Assembly: GCA_046484865.1 (NCBI GenBank)
Contig: JAWOID010000089.1
Span: forward strand, 1-53,834
Length of the DNA: 53,834 bases
Source of the DNA: Candidatus Krumholzibacteriia bacterium
GTDB taxonomy: Bacteria; Krumholzibacteriota; Krumholzibacteriia; LZORAL124-64-63
Direction of reading: 5' to 3'
Position 1 is the stretch's first letter; each line of letters starts with the position of its first letter. The notes under the pieces were generated by a model. It saw only the letters and a program-made list of their open reading frames with translations. It was not told the DNA's origin and searched no databases. This document shows positions 27,778 through 38,466 of the stretch, in pieces. Made by a program: the position numbers and the translations under genes.

Positions 27778-28923
27778 ATGGAAGCACTTTCGACGCTGCT
27801 GTCGGGATCGGGTTTCGCGGGGCTCACCTGGCAGAACCTGGTGATGTACGGCATCGGCGGTCTCCTGATCTTCCTGGCCATCAGGAAGGGCTACGAGCCG
27901 CTGCTGCTGATCCCCATCGGGTTCGGCGCCATCCTGGCGAACATGCCTTTCGCCAACATGGCCGCCTCGCATGCTCCGGAAACCCACGGTCATTTCCTGC
28001 TGCAGATGGTCTACGACGCGGGGATCCGGACGGAATTTCTGCCGCCGGTGATCTTCCTCGGCGTGGGCGCGTTGACCGACTTCCGGCCGCTGCTCAGCCG
28101 GCCGGTGACCTTCCTCCTCGGAGCCGCGGCGCAGTTCGGCATCTTCGCCGCGGCTCTCGCGGCCTTCTACCTGTTCGGATTCAGTCTGCAGGAGTCGGCG
28201 GCCATCGGCATCATCGGCGGTGCCGACGGACCGACCTCCATCTTCCTGGCCACCAAGCTGGCTCCGCACCTGCTGGGCGCCATCGCCGTGGCGGCGTACA
28301 GCTACATGTCCCTGGTGCCGGTGATCCAGCCGCCGATCATGCGGCTGCTCACGACCCGCAAGGAACGCGCCATCGCCATGCGGCAGACCAAGCCGGTCTC
28401 GCACACGGCCGTGGTGCTGTTCCCGATCCTCACCGCGACGGTGGCCATCCTGGCCGTTCCCACCTGCGCACCCCTGCTGGGAATGCTCATGTTCGGGAAC
28501 CTGCTGCGCGAGAGCGGCGTCACCGAGCGGCTCTTCAAGACCGCCGGCGGACCGCTGGTGAACATCGTCACCATCTTCCTGGGGATCACCGTGGGCGCCA
28601 CCATGCAGGGGGCCACGTTCCTCAGTCCGCAGACGCTCTTCGTGCTGGTGATCGGCGCGGTCGCGTTCTCGCTCTCAACGTTCGGCGGCGTGCTCTTCGC
28701 CAAGCTGCTCAACGTCTTCATGCCGGAGGGCAAGAAGATCAATCCGTGCATCGGCGCCGCCGGAGTGTCGGCGGTGCCGATGGCGGCGCGCGTGGTGCAG
28801 CAGGTGGTCTCGAGCGAGACCGGCGGCCGCGTGAACCCGCTGATGGCCGCCATGGGGCCCAACGTGGCCGGCGTGGTGGGGTCGGCGGTGGCCGCGGGCG
28901 TGTTCCTGGCGCTGTTCGGCTGA
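27778..28923 (+). CDS. oadB: Na+-translocating decarboxylase beta subunit
   Basis: YEPLLLIPIGFG, GIIGGADGPTSIF, AAYSYMSLVP, GVSAVPMAARV, AMGPNVAGVVGSA. Confidence 0.95.
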   Translation: MEALSTLLSGSGFAGLTWQNLVMYGIGGLLIFLAIRKGYEPLLLIPIGFGAILANMPFANMAASHAPETHGHFLLQMVYDAGIRTEFLPPVIFLGVGALTDFRPLLSRPVTFLLGAAAQFGIFAAALAAFYLFGFSLQESAAIGIIGGADGPTSIFLATKLAPHLLGAIAVAAYSYMSLVPVIQPPIMRLLTTRKERAIAMRQTKPVSHTAVVLFPILTATVAILAVPTCAPLLGMLMFGNLLRESGVTERLFKTAGGPLVNIVTIFLGITVGATMQGATFLSPQTLFVLVIGAVAFSLSTFGGVLFAKLLNVFMPEGKKINPCIGAAGVSAVPMAARVVQQVVSSETGGRVNPLMAAMGPNVAGVVGSAVAAGVFLALFG

Positions 28924-29046
28924 TCCCGGGGCGGCCGGACGGCCTCTGGTGACGGTCGGCGCCGATCAGGGTGACGGCCGACGGAACGACGGCGGGGCCG
29001 CTGGCGTCATGCGAGCGGTCCTGTCTGTCAAGGCTTCCTGCAGCCG

Positions 29047-29072
29047 GGAACTCGTCTCGCGCCTCGTCGTAA
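29047..29072 (+). promoter_or_regulatory. Putative ECF-sigma promoter (leaderless transcript)
   Basis: GGAAC-N16-CGTAA, ending 7 nt before ATG 29080. No RBS precedes that ATG. Confidence 0.45.
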
Positions 29073-29079
29073 TCATCGC

Positions 29080-29718
29080 ATGCCAGGGCGCCCGGATCCC
29101 CGCCGCTGGGCGGTCTGCTCGTTGCTGGCCGTCGCGTTGCTGACGGCGAGCGTCTTCCTGATCCCGGCTGCCTGGATCCAGCGCGTCTTCTTTCCGGGTG
29201 TGCGCCGGCACGATCGCGCGGTGGACGCGCCATCGCCGGCCCTTGAACTGCTGCCTGCGGTCCAGGTGACCAGGCCGACGCTGCTGGTGGTCGCGGACCC
29301 GCCGGTCGGCAACGCGGGAGACGATGCCGCGGCGGCCTTCCCCCCGGACGACCTGTGGTGGGACACCGCGTGGCGGACGCGCTGGCGCGATGAGACCGCC
29401 GCAGCCATGGGCATCGCGCGGCGCGATACCTCGGCCGCCCTGCGTCGCAGGCTGCTCGGCGGAGTCACAGACATCGTGCGTCGTGCCGAGCCCGACAGCG
29501 CCACCGCTTCGCATCTCGCCCGTCTCTTCCTCACCGCCGGCCACCAGCTCGGCGAACTCAGGCCGTTCCTGCTGGCCCGCGGCTACGCCCTGGACTTCGC
29601 CGACCTCGCCTCGCGGGAGGCCGAGCTGTTCGACGAGCATCTCTTCCGGCAGATCATGGTGACCGACTCCCCCGCCGACAAGCTGCGGGACGAGCAGTCA
29701 CGGCCGCCGGGAGAATGA
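29080..29718 (+). CDS. Hypothetical protein with N-terminal membrane anchor
   Basis: 212-aa ORF filling the gap, with hydrophobic AVCSLLAVALLTASVFLIPAAW. No family recognised. Confidence 0.6.
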   Translation: MPGRPDPRRWAVCSLLAVALLTASVFLIPAAWIQRVFFPGVRRHDRAVDAPSPALELLPAVQVTRPTLLVVADPPVGNAGDDAAAAFPPDDLWWDTAWRTRWRDETAAAMGIARRDTSAALRRRLLGGVTDIVRRAEPDSATASHLARLFLTAGHQLGELRPFLLARGYALDFADLASREAELFDEHLFRQIMVTDSPADKLRDEQSRPPGE

Positions 29719-29734
29719 GCGGGCCGCCGCCGGA

Positions 29735-30547
29735 TCACTCCGCCCAGTACTTCTCGGTGAAGATGTTTCCGGGATCGCGCCGCTTGTGCTCCTTGAAGCC
29801 GCGGGCGGCGAGGAACGCCATCATGCCCTCGATCATCAGCGGGTTCCCGCACAGGAAGATCGAGGTGCGCGCAGGGTCGATGTCGTGGCCGAGCTTCTCG
29901 GCCACCGTTCCCTCGTCGAAGAAGCGGGTCACGTAGCCCACCGGACCGCGCCACAGCGGGTCGCGGTCGGACTCGTCGATGATCGGCAGGTAGTGCAGAT
30001 TCTCGTGGCGCATGGAGAGGCCCTCGAGCTCGCTGCGGTAGCCCAGGTCCCAGGAGACGCGCGCGGCATGGCAGACGACGGTGCGGCGCTCGGTGTCGAA
30101 CCGGTAGGCGGAGCGCAGCATGCTCAGGTAGGGCGCGAGCCCGGTGCCGGTGGCCACGAAGATGACGTCATTGCCGGCCGGGACATCATCCAGGGTGAAC
30201 ATGCCGGAGATGCGTCGGCTGAGCCAGATGCGGTCGCCCATCTGGGCGGCGAAGAGCCGGGGTGTCAGCGCACCGGTGCGCACCAGCGCCACGAAGAACT
30301 CCAGGTACTTACCCTGGAGGCTGGACGACGCCACGGAGTAGGCGCGCTTGATCAGCTTGTCCGGCGGCGGCGCGGCCTCCTCGGGTTCGGCGAGCGGAGT
30401 CCGCGGCGCCGAACCGGGCAAGGCCAGCACCGTGTACTGGCCAGCCCGGAAGGGGGGCAGTTCCTCGTCGGGGGTCACCTGCAGGACCAGCAGGCCGTGG
30501 TTGATCTCGTAGCGCATGGTGATCGTGGCGTTCAACTCGACGGCCAT
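29735..30547 (-). CDS. fpr: Ferredoxin/flavodoxin-NADP+ reductase
   Basis: FRAGQY, RAYSVASS, GALTPRL, ATGTGLAPY, LCGNPLMI, C-terminal EKYW. Confidence 0.9.
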   Translation of the reverse strand: MAVELNATITMRYEINHGLLVLQVTPDEELPPFRAGQYTVLALPGSAPRTPLAEPEEAAPPPDKLIKRAYSVASSSLQGKYLEFFVALVRTGALTPRLFAAQMGDRIWLSRRISGMFTLDDVPAGNDVIFVATGTGLAPYLSMLRSAYRFDTERRTVVCHAARVSWDLGYRSELEGLSMRHENLHYLPIIDESDRDPLWRGPVGYVTRFFDEGTVAEKLGHDIDPARTSIFLCGNPLMIEGMMAFLAARGFKEHKRRDPGNIFTEKYWAE

Positions 30548-30776
30548 GGTGCAGGTGCTCCTTTTCCGCAGGGATCCCCGCTCCAGGCGGCGGCGGCCCG
30601 CCGTCGGATCGAAACCCGAGAATCGCTGCCCATTCGCGACCGGGCAAGAACCGGCCCCGGGAGTGCCGCTCCGCGGCGCCTCCATCCCGCCCGCGTGGCG
30701 GCCTCGCCCGCCGGTCTTGGGCTATCTAAGTCTATATATATCAACGCAGAAAAAAAGGATCTCAATAGTATGGAAT

Positions 30777-30809
30777 AATAATTGACAATTCTGGTTCTGT
30801 TATTAAGTT
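30777..30809 (+). promoter_or_regulatory. suf operon promoter overlapping a putative Rrf2 operator
   Basis: AT-rich island with TTGACA (30782-87)-N16-TAAGTT. Imperfect dyad AATAA TTGAC...TTATT. The ATAATTGAC half resembles the IscR type-1 half-site. Confidence 0.55.
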
Positions 30810-30878
30810 GATTGCACGGAACCAGTCTCGCCCGGCCCCGGGCGTGGGGCGGTTTCGCCGGAACCAGAAGGAGCCAGC

Positions 30879-31388
30879 ATGCTCAGGATCACCAAGGCGG
30901 AGGAGCAGGCGGTACGGCTGGTCATGCGACTGGCCACCTCCGGCTACCAGATGACTCTCGCCGAACTCGCGCGGCACGAGCGCTTGCCCGAGCCCACCGT
31001 GGCCAAGCTGCTAGGTCTGCTGCGGCGGGGAGAGGTGGTGGATGCGGTGCGTGGGCGGAACGGCGGCTACACGCTCGGAGGTGACCCGGCGGAGATCTCG
31101 GTGGCGCAGATCGTCCGTGCGGTGGGGAGCGAACCTGCTCCCGAGCACGGATGCGTGACCGATCCCTCGGGTGAGGATTGTCCGCGGGTGGAGGACTGCG
31201 GGCTGCGATCGGTCTGGCGCCACCTGCAGTATCAGGTCACGGACGTGATGGAAAAGACGACGGTGGCCGACCTGCTCTCCCTCGAGGAAGTGGTCACCCG
31301 GCACGTGCGTCGGGTGTGGCCGGTGGACATGCGCCAGCCGGGCGCCGACGAGGATCGCGCCGACCGCGCGGTCGGAGGAGAACGATGA
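30879..31388 (+). CDS. Rrf2-family (IscR/SufR-like) transcriptional regulator
   Basis: wHTH with RGRNGGYTL and three C-terminal Cys (HGC, DCP, DCG). First gene of the suf operon. Confidence 0.9.
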   Translation: MLRITKAEEQAVRLVMRLATSGYQMTLAELARHERLPEPTVAKLLGLLRRGEVVDAVRGRNGGYTLGGDPAEISVAQIVRAVGSEPAPEHGCVTDPSGEDCPRVEDCGLRSVWRHLQYQVTDVMEKTTVADLLSLEEVVTRHVRRVWPVDMRQPGADEDRADRAVGGER

Positions 31389-32149
31389 CCGTGAATGGCA
31401 GCACCCGCTTCGCGTGCCGTGACGTGCGCGTGTTCGTCGACGACAAGGAGATCGTCAAGGGCGCGAGTCTCGAGGTGAAGGCCGGCGAGAAGCACGCCTT
31501 GATGGGCCCCAACGGTTCGGGCAAGAGCACGCTGGCGGCCGCCCTCATGGGCCATCCGGCGTACCGCGTCGAGGGCGAGATCCTGCTGGACGGAGAGCCC
31601 GTCCACGGACTGGAGCCGCACCTGCGAGCGCGGCTCGGCATGTTCCTTGGCTTCCAGTACCCCGTGGCGGTGCCCGGCGTGAGCGTGGCGAACTTCCTGC
31701 GCGCCGCTGTGAACGCCCGGCGCGGGCAGGAGGTCCCCATCCGGGAGTTCCGCAAGGAGATGATGGCGGCCTTCGAGAGCCTGGACGTGAAGCGCGACTT
31801 CGCCGCCCGCTATCTCAACGAGGGGTTCAGCGGCGGCGAGAAGAAGCGGCTCGAGATCCTGCAGATGTTGTTGCTGAGGCCGAGCTTCGCATTGCTGGAC
31901 GAGACGGACAGCGGTCTCGACATCGACGCGTTGAAGACCGTCGCGGACGGCGTGAACCGGGCCGCGGGCGACGACACCGCCGTGCTGCTGGTGACGCACT
32001 ACCAGCGCATCCTGCAGTACATCCGACCCGACGTGGTGCACGTGTTCATGGACGGCCGCATCGTGCGCACGGGCGGACCGGAGCTGGCCCACGAGCTGGA
32101 GAGCCGAGGTTACGACTGGCTGCAGGCGCCCGCAGGCGCGTCGGCCTGA
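31385..32149 (+). CDS. sufC: Fe-S assembly ATPase SufC
   Basis: [35 protein letters not shown]. Confidence 0.96.
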   Translation: MTVNGSTRFACRDVRVFVDDKEIVKGASLEVKAGEKHALMGPNGSGKSTLAAALMGHPAYRVEGEILLDGEPVHGLEPHLRARLGMFLGFQYPVAVPGVSVANFLRAAVNARRGQEVPIREFRKEMMAAFESLDVKRDFAARYLNEGFSGGEKKRLEILQMLLLRPSFALLDETDSGLDIDALKTVADGVNRAAGDDTAVLLVTHYQRILQYIRPDVVHVFMDGRIVRTGGPELAHELESRGYDWLQAPAGASA

Positions 32150-32175
32150 CCGGACCCGGCCTGACCGGACCCGGC
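32142..32175 (+). repeat. 15-bp tandem duplication spanning the sufC stop codon
   Basis: CGGCCTGACCGGACC at 32142-56 and 32157-71, plus a partial third copy. Confidence 0.8.
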
Positions 32176-32264
32176 GTGGCCGCGTCCGGTGGGGCCCGCC
32201 TCGGTTGCGAGAGCCGGTTGACTGCGATCGACCTGACCGCGATCCGGAAGGATGGAGCGACCCG

Positions 32265-33680
32265 ATGAAGACCGATCCCATTCTCGACCTGAACGCCGGG
32301 TACCGGGAGAAGTACGGCTTCAGCGATCCCGAGGACTACCTGCACAAGGCGCCGAAGGGGCTGCACCACGAGGTCGTCGACGTGATCTCGCGGTACAAGG
32401 ACGAGCCCGTGTGGATGCGCGAGTTCCGGCACCGGGCGCTGGACATCTTCCTGTCCAAGCCGATGCCGGGCTGGGGCAACACGGAGCTGCTCGGCAGCAT
32501 CGACTTCGAGGACATCCACTACTACATCAAGCCACGCGGCGACCAGGCGCGCAACTGGGACGACGTGCCGGAGAACATCAAGAAGACCTTCGACCGACTG
32601 GGTATCCCCGCGGCGGAGCAGAAGTTCCTGGCCGGCGTCACCGCGCAGTACGAGTCGGAGGTGGTGTACCACTCCATCCGCGAGGACCTGGAGAAGCTGG
32701 GCGTCATCTTCACGGACATGGATACCGGCCTGCGCGAGCACCCGGAGATCGTCAAGAAGTTCTGGGGGACGGTGATCCCGCCGGAGGACAACAAGTTCGC
32801 CGCGCTCAACAGCGCGGTCTGGTCGGGGGGCTCGTTCATCTACGTGCCGCCCCACACCAAGGTGGAGATCCCGCTGCAGGCGTATTTCCGGATCAACGCC
32901 GAGAACATGGGGCAGTTCGAGCGCACGCTGATCATCTGCGACGAGGGTGCCAGCGTGCACTACATCGAGGGGTGCACGGCGCCGGTGTACAGCACCAACA
33001 GCCTGCACTCGGCGGTGGTGGAACTGATCGCCATGGAGGGTGCGCACATCCGCTACACCACGATCCAGAACTGGTCCAACAACATCTTCAACCTGGTGAC
33101 CAAGCGGGCCCACGCCCACAAGAACGCGGTGGTGGAGTGGGTGGACGGCAACATCGGCTCCAAGCTCACCATGAAGTATCCGTCGGTCTACCTGCTGGGC
33201 GAGGGGGCCCACGGCGAGGTCCTGTCCATCGCGTATGCGGGCGACGGCCAGCACCAGGACGCGGGCGCCAAGATGATCCACGCCGCGCCCCGCACCACCA
33301 GCCGCATCATCAGCAAGTCCATCTCCAGGGGCGAAGGACGCAGCAGCTATCGCGGGATGGTGAAGATGGCCAAGGGTGCGCACGGCTGCAAGACGAGCGT
33401 GGAGTGCGACGCCCTGCTCATCGGCGAGAAGGCGCGCTCGGACACCTTCCCGACCATGGAGATCGCCGAGAACGACGTGCGGGTGGAGCACGAGGCACGG
33501 GTCTCCAAGCTGGCCGACGAGCAGCTCTTCTACCTGCAGAGCCGCGGCATCGACCCCGAGCAGGCGCGCCTGATGATCGTCAACGGCTTCATCGAGCCGT
33601 TCGTACGCGAGTTGCCCATGGAGTACGCCGTGGAGCTGAATCGACTCATCGCGCTCGAGATGGAGGGGTCCGTTGGTTGA
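32265..33680 (+). CDS. sufB: Fe-S assembly protein SufB
   Basis: [47 protein letters not shown]...MEGSVG. Confidence 0.96.
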   Translation: MKTDPILDLNAGYREKYGFSDPEDYLHKAPKGLHHEVVDVISRYKDEPVWMREFRHRALDIFLSKPMPGWGNTELLGSIDFEDIHYYIKPRGDQARNWDDVPENIKKTFDRLGIPAAEQKFLAGVTAQYESEVVYHSIREDLEKLGVIFTDMDTGLREHPEIVKKFWGTVIPPEDNKFAALNSAVWSGGSFIYVPPHTKVEIPLQAYFRINAENMGQFERTLIICDEGASVHYIEGCTAPVYSTNSLHSAVVELIAMEGAHIRYTTIQNWSNNIFNLVTKRAHAHKNAVVEWVDGNIGSKLTMKYPSVYLLGEGAHGEVLSIAYAGDGQHQDAGAKMIHAAPRTTSRIISKSISRGEGRSSYRGMVKMAKGAHGCKTSVECDALLIGEKARSDTFPTMEIAENDVRVEHEARVSKLADEQLFYLQSRGIDPEQARLMIVNGFIEPFVRELPMEYAVELNRLIALEMEGSVG

Positions 33681-34956
33681 GCTGGGATTGCTTCTGTCGG
33701 TGGGCAAGCCCGCCGTGGCCAAGGAGGACGCGCGCCGGCTCTCCCGCCTGCTGGGCGAGGCGCCGGAAGGCGCCGCGTGGCGGCTGCGCGCGCTCGAGAC
33801 GTACCGCGACCTGCCCGTGCCCGACCGGGTGCAGCATCTGTGGCGCTACACCGACCCGCGCGATCTGCTGCCGGAGCAGCCGCTGTCCGGCGACCTGGCG
33901 GCGGTGGGACGCGGGCCGGAGTTGCCGGCCGACGGGCCGGCCGTGCTGCTGGTGCCCGGCCGCGAACCGCAGCTGAACGCCGCGGCCGCCGATCTGGACG
34001 TGACCGTATCGCCCCTCCTGCACACGGCCGGCGACGTCGCCCTGGCGGGTGGGGCCGTGCCGCCGCAGCACGGGCTCTTCGAGGCGCTCAACGCGGCCGT
34101 GTTCAACACCGGCGCGCTCGTGCGGATCGGGCCCGGCGTGCGTCTGGGTGAGCCGCTGCGCGTGATCGTCGCGGCGGTGGCCGCGGCCACGCTGCCGCGG
34201 CTGCTGATCGTCGCCGAGGGCGGCAGCGAGGCCACGATCGTCGAGGAGCACGTCGGCGGTGGCGAGGGCGTTTACGTGGTGGGCGTCTCGGAGGCGCTGG
34301 TGCGCCCGAATGCGCAGCTGCGGCACGTCCTGGTGCAGAACTGGAGCGACGGTACCGCCGGACACCTGACGCAGCGCGGCCTGGCCGAGCGCGACGGGCG
34401 CTACCTGGCGGTCACCGCCACCTTCGGCGGCCGGCGCGCCAAGCTCGACGTGGGCGGAATTCTGGACGGACCCGGCGCGCGTAGCGAGCTGGTGGGCGTC
34501 ACCCTGGGCGAGAAGCGACAGCATTTCGACCATCACACCTTGCACCAGCACCGCAGCGGTCGTACCTGGTCCAACATCGACTACAAGGTGGCGCTCACCG
34601 GCCGATCCCGGTCGGTCTACACGGGGCTCATCCGGATCGAGGAGGGTGCGCCGCAGAGCGAGGCGTACCAGGAGAACCGCAATCTGCTGCTGTCGGACCG
34701 TTGCCGGGCCGACGCCATCCCGGAACTGGAGATCCTCACCGACGACGTGTCCTGCAGCCATGGCGCCACGGCGACGCCGGTGGATCCGGAGCAGCTGTTC
34801 TACCTCGAGAGCCGGGGGATCGACCCGGACACGGCACTGCGGCTGGTGGTGCGCGGCTTCCTGGAGACCACCCTGGCCGCGCTTCCGGAGACCTTGCGGT
34901 CGTCGCTCGAAGACATGGTGGAGCGTCGTCTCGACGGGCTCGTGGGAGGTCGCTGA
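33673..34956 (+). CDS. sufD: Fe-S assembly protein SufD
   Basis: WRYTD, beta-helix, [29 protein letters not shown] start with GGAGG RBS (start position less certain). Confidence 0.9.
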   Translation: MVELGLLLSVGKPAVAKEDARRLSRLLGEAPEGAAWRLRALETYRDLPVPDRVQHLWRYTDPRDLLPEQPLSGDLAAVGRGPELPADGPAVLLVPGREPQLNAAAADLDVTVSPLLHTAGDVALAGGAVPPQHGLFEALNAAVFNTGALVRIGPGVRLGEPLRVIVAAVAAATLPRLLIVAEGGSEATIVEEHVGGGEGVYVVGVSEALVRPNAQLRHVLVQNWSDGTAGHLTQRGLAERDGRYLAVTATFGGRRAKLDVGGILDGPGARSELVGVTLGEKRQHFDHHTLHQHRSGRTWSNIDYKVALTGRSRSVYTGLIRIEEGAPQSEAYQENRNLLLSDRCRADAIPELEILTDDVSCSHGATATPVDPEQLFYLESRGIDPDTALRLVVRGFLETTLAALPETLRSSLEDMVERRLDGLVGGR

Positions 34957-35273
34957 TGCCGTGGATCCGGACCGTGGCCCTGGCGGATCTGCCGGTCGGC
35001 GAGCTGGTGCAGGTGGACGCGGGCGAGGAGGACCTGATCGTGTGCCGCCCCACGGCGGCGGAGATCTTCGCCCTGGAGAACTGCTGCAGTCACGACGACG
35101 CGCCCCTGGACGAGGGCGAACTGGACGGGCGCGAGGTGGTCTGCCCGCGACACGGGGCGCGCTTCGACGTCGCCACCGGCGCGGTGCTGAAGATGCCGGC
35201 GCCCACCGGCATCGCGGCGTACCCGGTGCGCATCTCGCCCGAGGGCTGGGTGGAGATCGAGGTGGAGGACTAG
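34956..35273 (+). CDS. Rieske-type [2Fe-2S] ferredoxin
   Basis: CSH...CPRHGARFD Rieske ligands. The start overlaps the sufD stop. Confidence 0.9.
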   Translation: MPWIRTVALADLPVGELVQVDAGEEDLIVCRPTAAEIFALENCCSHDDAPLDEGELDGREVVCPRHGARFDVATGAVLKMPAPTGIAAYPVRISPEGWVEIEVED

Positions 35274-36539
35274 ATGCACCGGTCGGCAACCCACAGGACC
35301 GCCGCCGCCGAGCGGGCCCTCAGCGAGGGGCTGCTGCGGGATCGTTTCCCGATCCTGCGCCGCGAGGTGAACGGACATCCCCTGGTCTACCTCGACAGCG
35401 CCGCCACCAGCCAGAAGCCGGAGGCCGTGATCGCGGCCGAGGCCGACCACTACCGCTTCCACAATGCGAACGTGCACCGCGGCTTGCACACCCTGGGCGA
35501 CGAGGCCACCCGCGCCTACGAGGGCTGCCGCGAGACGGTGGCTCGCTGGCTGGGCGTCCCCACGGCGGCCGGCGTCGTCATCCAGCGCGGCGCCACCGGC
35601 GCGCTGAACCTCGCCGCGCGCGGCTGGCAGCGCCACCTGCACGCGGGCGACGAGATCCTCCTCACGGAGATGGAGCACCACGCGAACCTGGTGCCATGGC
35701 AGCTCGTGGCGCACAGCACCGGAGCCCGTCTGCGCTTCCTGCCGGTCACCGCCGGCGGCGAACTGGACCTCGCGCGCTTGCCGGAACTGCTGACCGCGCG
35801 CACCCGGGTGGTGGCGGTCACCCACGTGAGCAACGTCCTGGGGACCATCAACCCGGTGGCCGAGATCGCCGCCGCCGCCCACCGCCACGACGCGCTCGTG
35901 GTGGTCGACGCCGCTCAGTCGGTGGGCCACCTGCCGGTCTCGTTCGCGGACACCGGCGCCGACCTGCTCGTCTTCTCGGCCCACAAGTGCTACGGCCCGA
36001 TGGGGCTGGGTTTCCTGGTGGGCCGTCCCGAGATCCTGGCCGAGCTGGACCCCGCGGAGGGCGGCGGCGAAATGATCGAGTTGGTGGACTGGGAGAGCAG
36101 CACCTGGGCCGAGGTTCCCCAGCGCTTCGAGGCGGGCACCCCGAACGTGGCTGCCGCCAGCGGCTTTCCGCCCGCGGTGGCGATGCTCGAGGAGATCGGC
36201 CTCGAGGCGGTGCGGGAGCACGAGCGCGACCTCACGGCGTATGCCCTGGAGCGCCTGCGGAACCTCGGCGGCCTGACCATCTACGGGCCGGCCGACGCCG
36301 ACCGGCGCGGCGGGCTGGTCAGCTTCCACGATCCGGACGTGCACCCGCACGATCTGAGCACGATCCTCGACCAGCTCGGCGTCGCGGTGCGGGCGGGACA
36401 CCACTGCGCCCAGCCGCTGCACCGGCGGCTCGGGGTGATGGCCACCACGCGTGCGTCGTTCGGCATCTACTCGAACCGCGCCGACCTGGACGCGCTCGTC
36501 GAGGGCATCCGCGAGGCGCGAAAGGTCTTCCGCCCATGA
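35274..36539 (+). CDS. sufS: Cysteine desulfurase SufS
   Basis: YLDSAATSQKP, MEHHAN, SAHK (PLP Lys), RAGHHCAQP. Confidence 0.95.
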   Translation: MHRSATHRTAAAERALSEGLLRDRFPILRREVNGHPLVYLDSAATSQKPEAVIAAEADHYRFHNANVHRGLHTLGDEATRAYEGCRETVARWLGVPTAAGVVIQRGATGALNLAARGWQRHLHAGDEILLTEMEHHANLVPWQLVAHSTGARLRFLPVTAGGELDLARLPELLTARTRVVAVTHVSNVLGTINPVAEIAAAAHRHDALVVVDAAQSVGHLPVSFADTGADLLVFSAHKCYGPMGLGFLVGRPEILAELDPAEGGGEMIELVDWESSTWAEVPQRFEAGTPNVAAASGFPPAVAMLEEIGLEAVREHERDLTAYALERLRNLGGLTIYGPADADRRGGLVSFHDPDVHPHDLSTILDQLGVAVRAGHHCAQPLHRRLGVMATTRASFGIYSNRADLDALVEGIREARKVFRP

Positions 36540-37060
36540 ACCCCGGACCCATCGACGATCTCTATCGCGAGGTGATCCTCGATCACCACCGCCATCCGCG
36601 CGGCGACCGGCCGCTCGAGGCGCCCGACGTGGAGGCGTCCGGCGTGAACCCCGCCTGCGGCGACGAGGTGAAGCTCCAGATGGCGTTCGACGGCGACCGC
36701 ATCGCCGGCGTGGGCGTGCTGTCGCGCGGCTGCGCCATCTCCACCAGCAGCGGCTCGATGCTCGCAGAGCTGGTGGAGGGCATGACGGTGGCGGAGGCGG
36801 AACAGGCGGCCGCCGCCTTCCGGAAGGTGCTGCACGGCGACGAGTTCCCCACCGAGGTGGACCTGGGCGACCTCGAGGCGCTCGCGGGGGTGCAGAAGTT
36901 CCCCGTCAGGATCAAGTGCGCCCTGCTGCCGTGGGTGACGCTGCTGGACGCCTTGCTGGCGAAGAAGCAGGGGCGCGAGCCGCGGCCGGTGTCCACCGAG
37001 GGCACCGGCGGCGAGGGCTCGTCCATGGACGTCAGCTACAAGGAGGCCGGCGAGCGATGA
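36536..37060 (+). CDS. sufU: SufU sulfur-transfer/scaffold protein
   Basis: LYREVILDH, NPACGDE, GCAIS, RIKCALLPW. Confidence 0.93.
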   Translation: MNPGPIDDLYREVILDHHRHPRGDRPLEAPDVEASGVNPACGDEVKLQMAFDGDRIAGVGVLSRGCAISTSSGSMLAELVEGMTVAEAEQAAAAFRKVLHGDEFPTEVDLGDLEALAGVQKFPVRIKCALLPWVTLLDALLAKKQGREPRPVSTEGTGGEGSSMDVSYKEAGER

Positions 37061-37386
37061 ACGAAGAGCCCCGCATCGTCGAGCCCACCGAGGTCCTGGA
37101 CGCGCTGCGTCCGGTCAAGGACCCCGAGCTGGACATCTCGATCGTGGACCTCGGCCTGATCCGCGGCATCGCCGTGGAGGACGACACCGGCCAGGTGCGC
37201 ATCGACCTCACCCTGACCAGCCCGATGTGTCCCCTGGGCCCCGAGATCATGGCCGCCGCCAAGGGCGCCGCCGAGAAGGTCGAGGGCGTCAACGGCGCCG
37301 AGGTGCAACTCGTGTGGAGCCCGCCCTGGGACCCGCGCGTGGACTGCTCCGAGGACGCCAGGGCCGAGCTGGGGATCTGGGACTGA
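37057..37386 (+). CDS. sufT: SufT/DUF59 metal-sulfur cluster biosynthesis protein
   Basis: DPELDISIVDLGLI, TLTSPMCP, LVWSPPW. Confidence 0.88.
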   Translation: MNEEPRIVEPTEVLDALRPVKDPELDISIVDLGLIRGIAVEDDTGQVRIDLTLTSPMCPLGPEIMAAAKGAAEKVEGVNGAEVQLVWSPPWDPRVDCSEDARAELGIWD

Positions 37387-37561
37387 CACCCCATCGCCGG
37401 TTGCCACCGAGGCGGCGTTGCGGGCGCTTGTGTCCGGGCGCGGTGCGTGCGAATTTCGGCAGACGACGACCTCTCGCCCGCTCGTGCCGCCTGGCCACGC
37501 GATCCTGTCGGGTGCGGGCGCGGGGAGACCCCCTCGAGCTCCGATCGCGAGGAGACCTGCC

Positions 37562-38407
37562 GTGGAGAGCCGCATCGCCCGGACCCTGAACCTGCGTCAT
37601 CAGCCGGTGGCCGTGCTCTGGACCGACGAACGACCCTCGGACGCCCTCCAGTTCACACCCGGACGCTGGGGATGCGTCATGGCGAGCTTCGCGGCGGTGG
37701 CCGCTCGGGGGAAGGTGGCCGCGTTCGATCGCGAGTCCTACGGCTGCTGGGGTGGCGGCGTGGGCCTGGGCTTCGGCAACTGCTACGAGCAATTCCCCGG
37801 CGGCACCGAGGGGTTCTGCGGGTTCCTCGCCCACGGCAACGAGCACAGCGAGCAGGGACGTGCCGTCGCCGAGGCGTGCTCGGCCTGGATGCGCGGTTCG
37901 CTGCGCGAGCACTTCCTCCATGGCGAGCGCTATCGGCAGTCCGCCGACATGGTGCGGCAGTGGCTCGCCGACCTGCCCGTGCGCGAGGTGCCCAGTCGCT
38001 ACGTCGTCTTCAAGCGCCTCGATCAGGTCGAACCGCACGAGGAGCCGGTGGTGGTGGTCATGCTGGCCGATGCCGACCAGATGTCCGGTCTCGTCGTGCT
38101 CGCCAACTACCGGCGGGGCGACTCCGCGGGGGCGATCATCCCGCACGCAGCGGGCTGCCAGACCATCGGCATCTTCGCGTACGGCGGGACAGAGGCCGCG
38201 GACCTGCGGGCGGTGGTCGGCTTGAACGATCCGTCCGCGCGGAAGGTCGTCCGGCGCCTGGGCAAGGACCTCGTGACGGTGGCGCTGCCGTACGCGCTCT
38301 ACCGGCAGATGGAGGACGACGTCGCGGGCAGCTTCCTGGAGCGGGACACCTGGACGTCGCTGAACGCAGGCCAGGCATCGCCCGCCCCGGTGGCGGGGCC
38401 GCCTTGA
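37562..38407 (+). CDS. DUF169-family protein
   Basis: PVAV, GCVM, GCWGGGVGLG, AAGC and a C-terminal SFL pattern. GTG start with GAGGAG RBS. Confidence 0.7.
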   Translation: MESRIARTLNLRHQPVAVLWTDERPSDALQFTPGRWGCVMASFAAVAARGKVAAFDRESYGCWGGGVGLGFGNCYEQFPGGTEGFCGFLAHGNEHSEQGRAVAEACSAWMRGSLREHFLHGERYRQSADMVRQWLADLPVREVPSRYVVFKRLDQVEPHEEPVVVVMLADADQMSGLVVLANYRRGDSAGAIIPHAAGCQTIGIFAYGGTEAADLRAVVGLNDPSARKVVRRLGKDLVTVALPYALYRQMEDDVAGSFLERDTWTSLNAGQASPAPVAGPP

Positions 38408-38466
38408 TGTGGGCGCACCCGTAGCGGCCGCCCCGCCCGGGGACAGCCGTTGGAGAGCGGCCTTCG

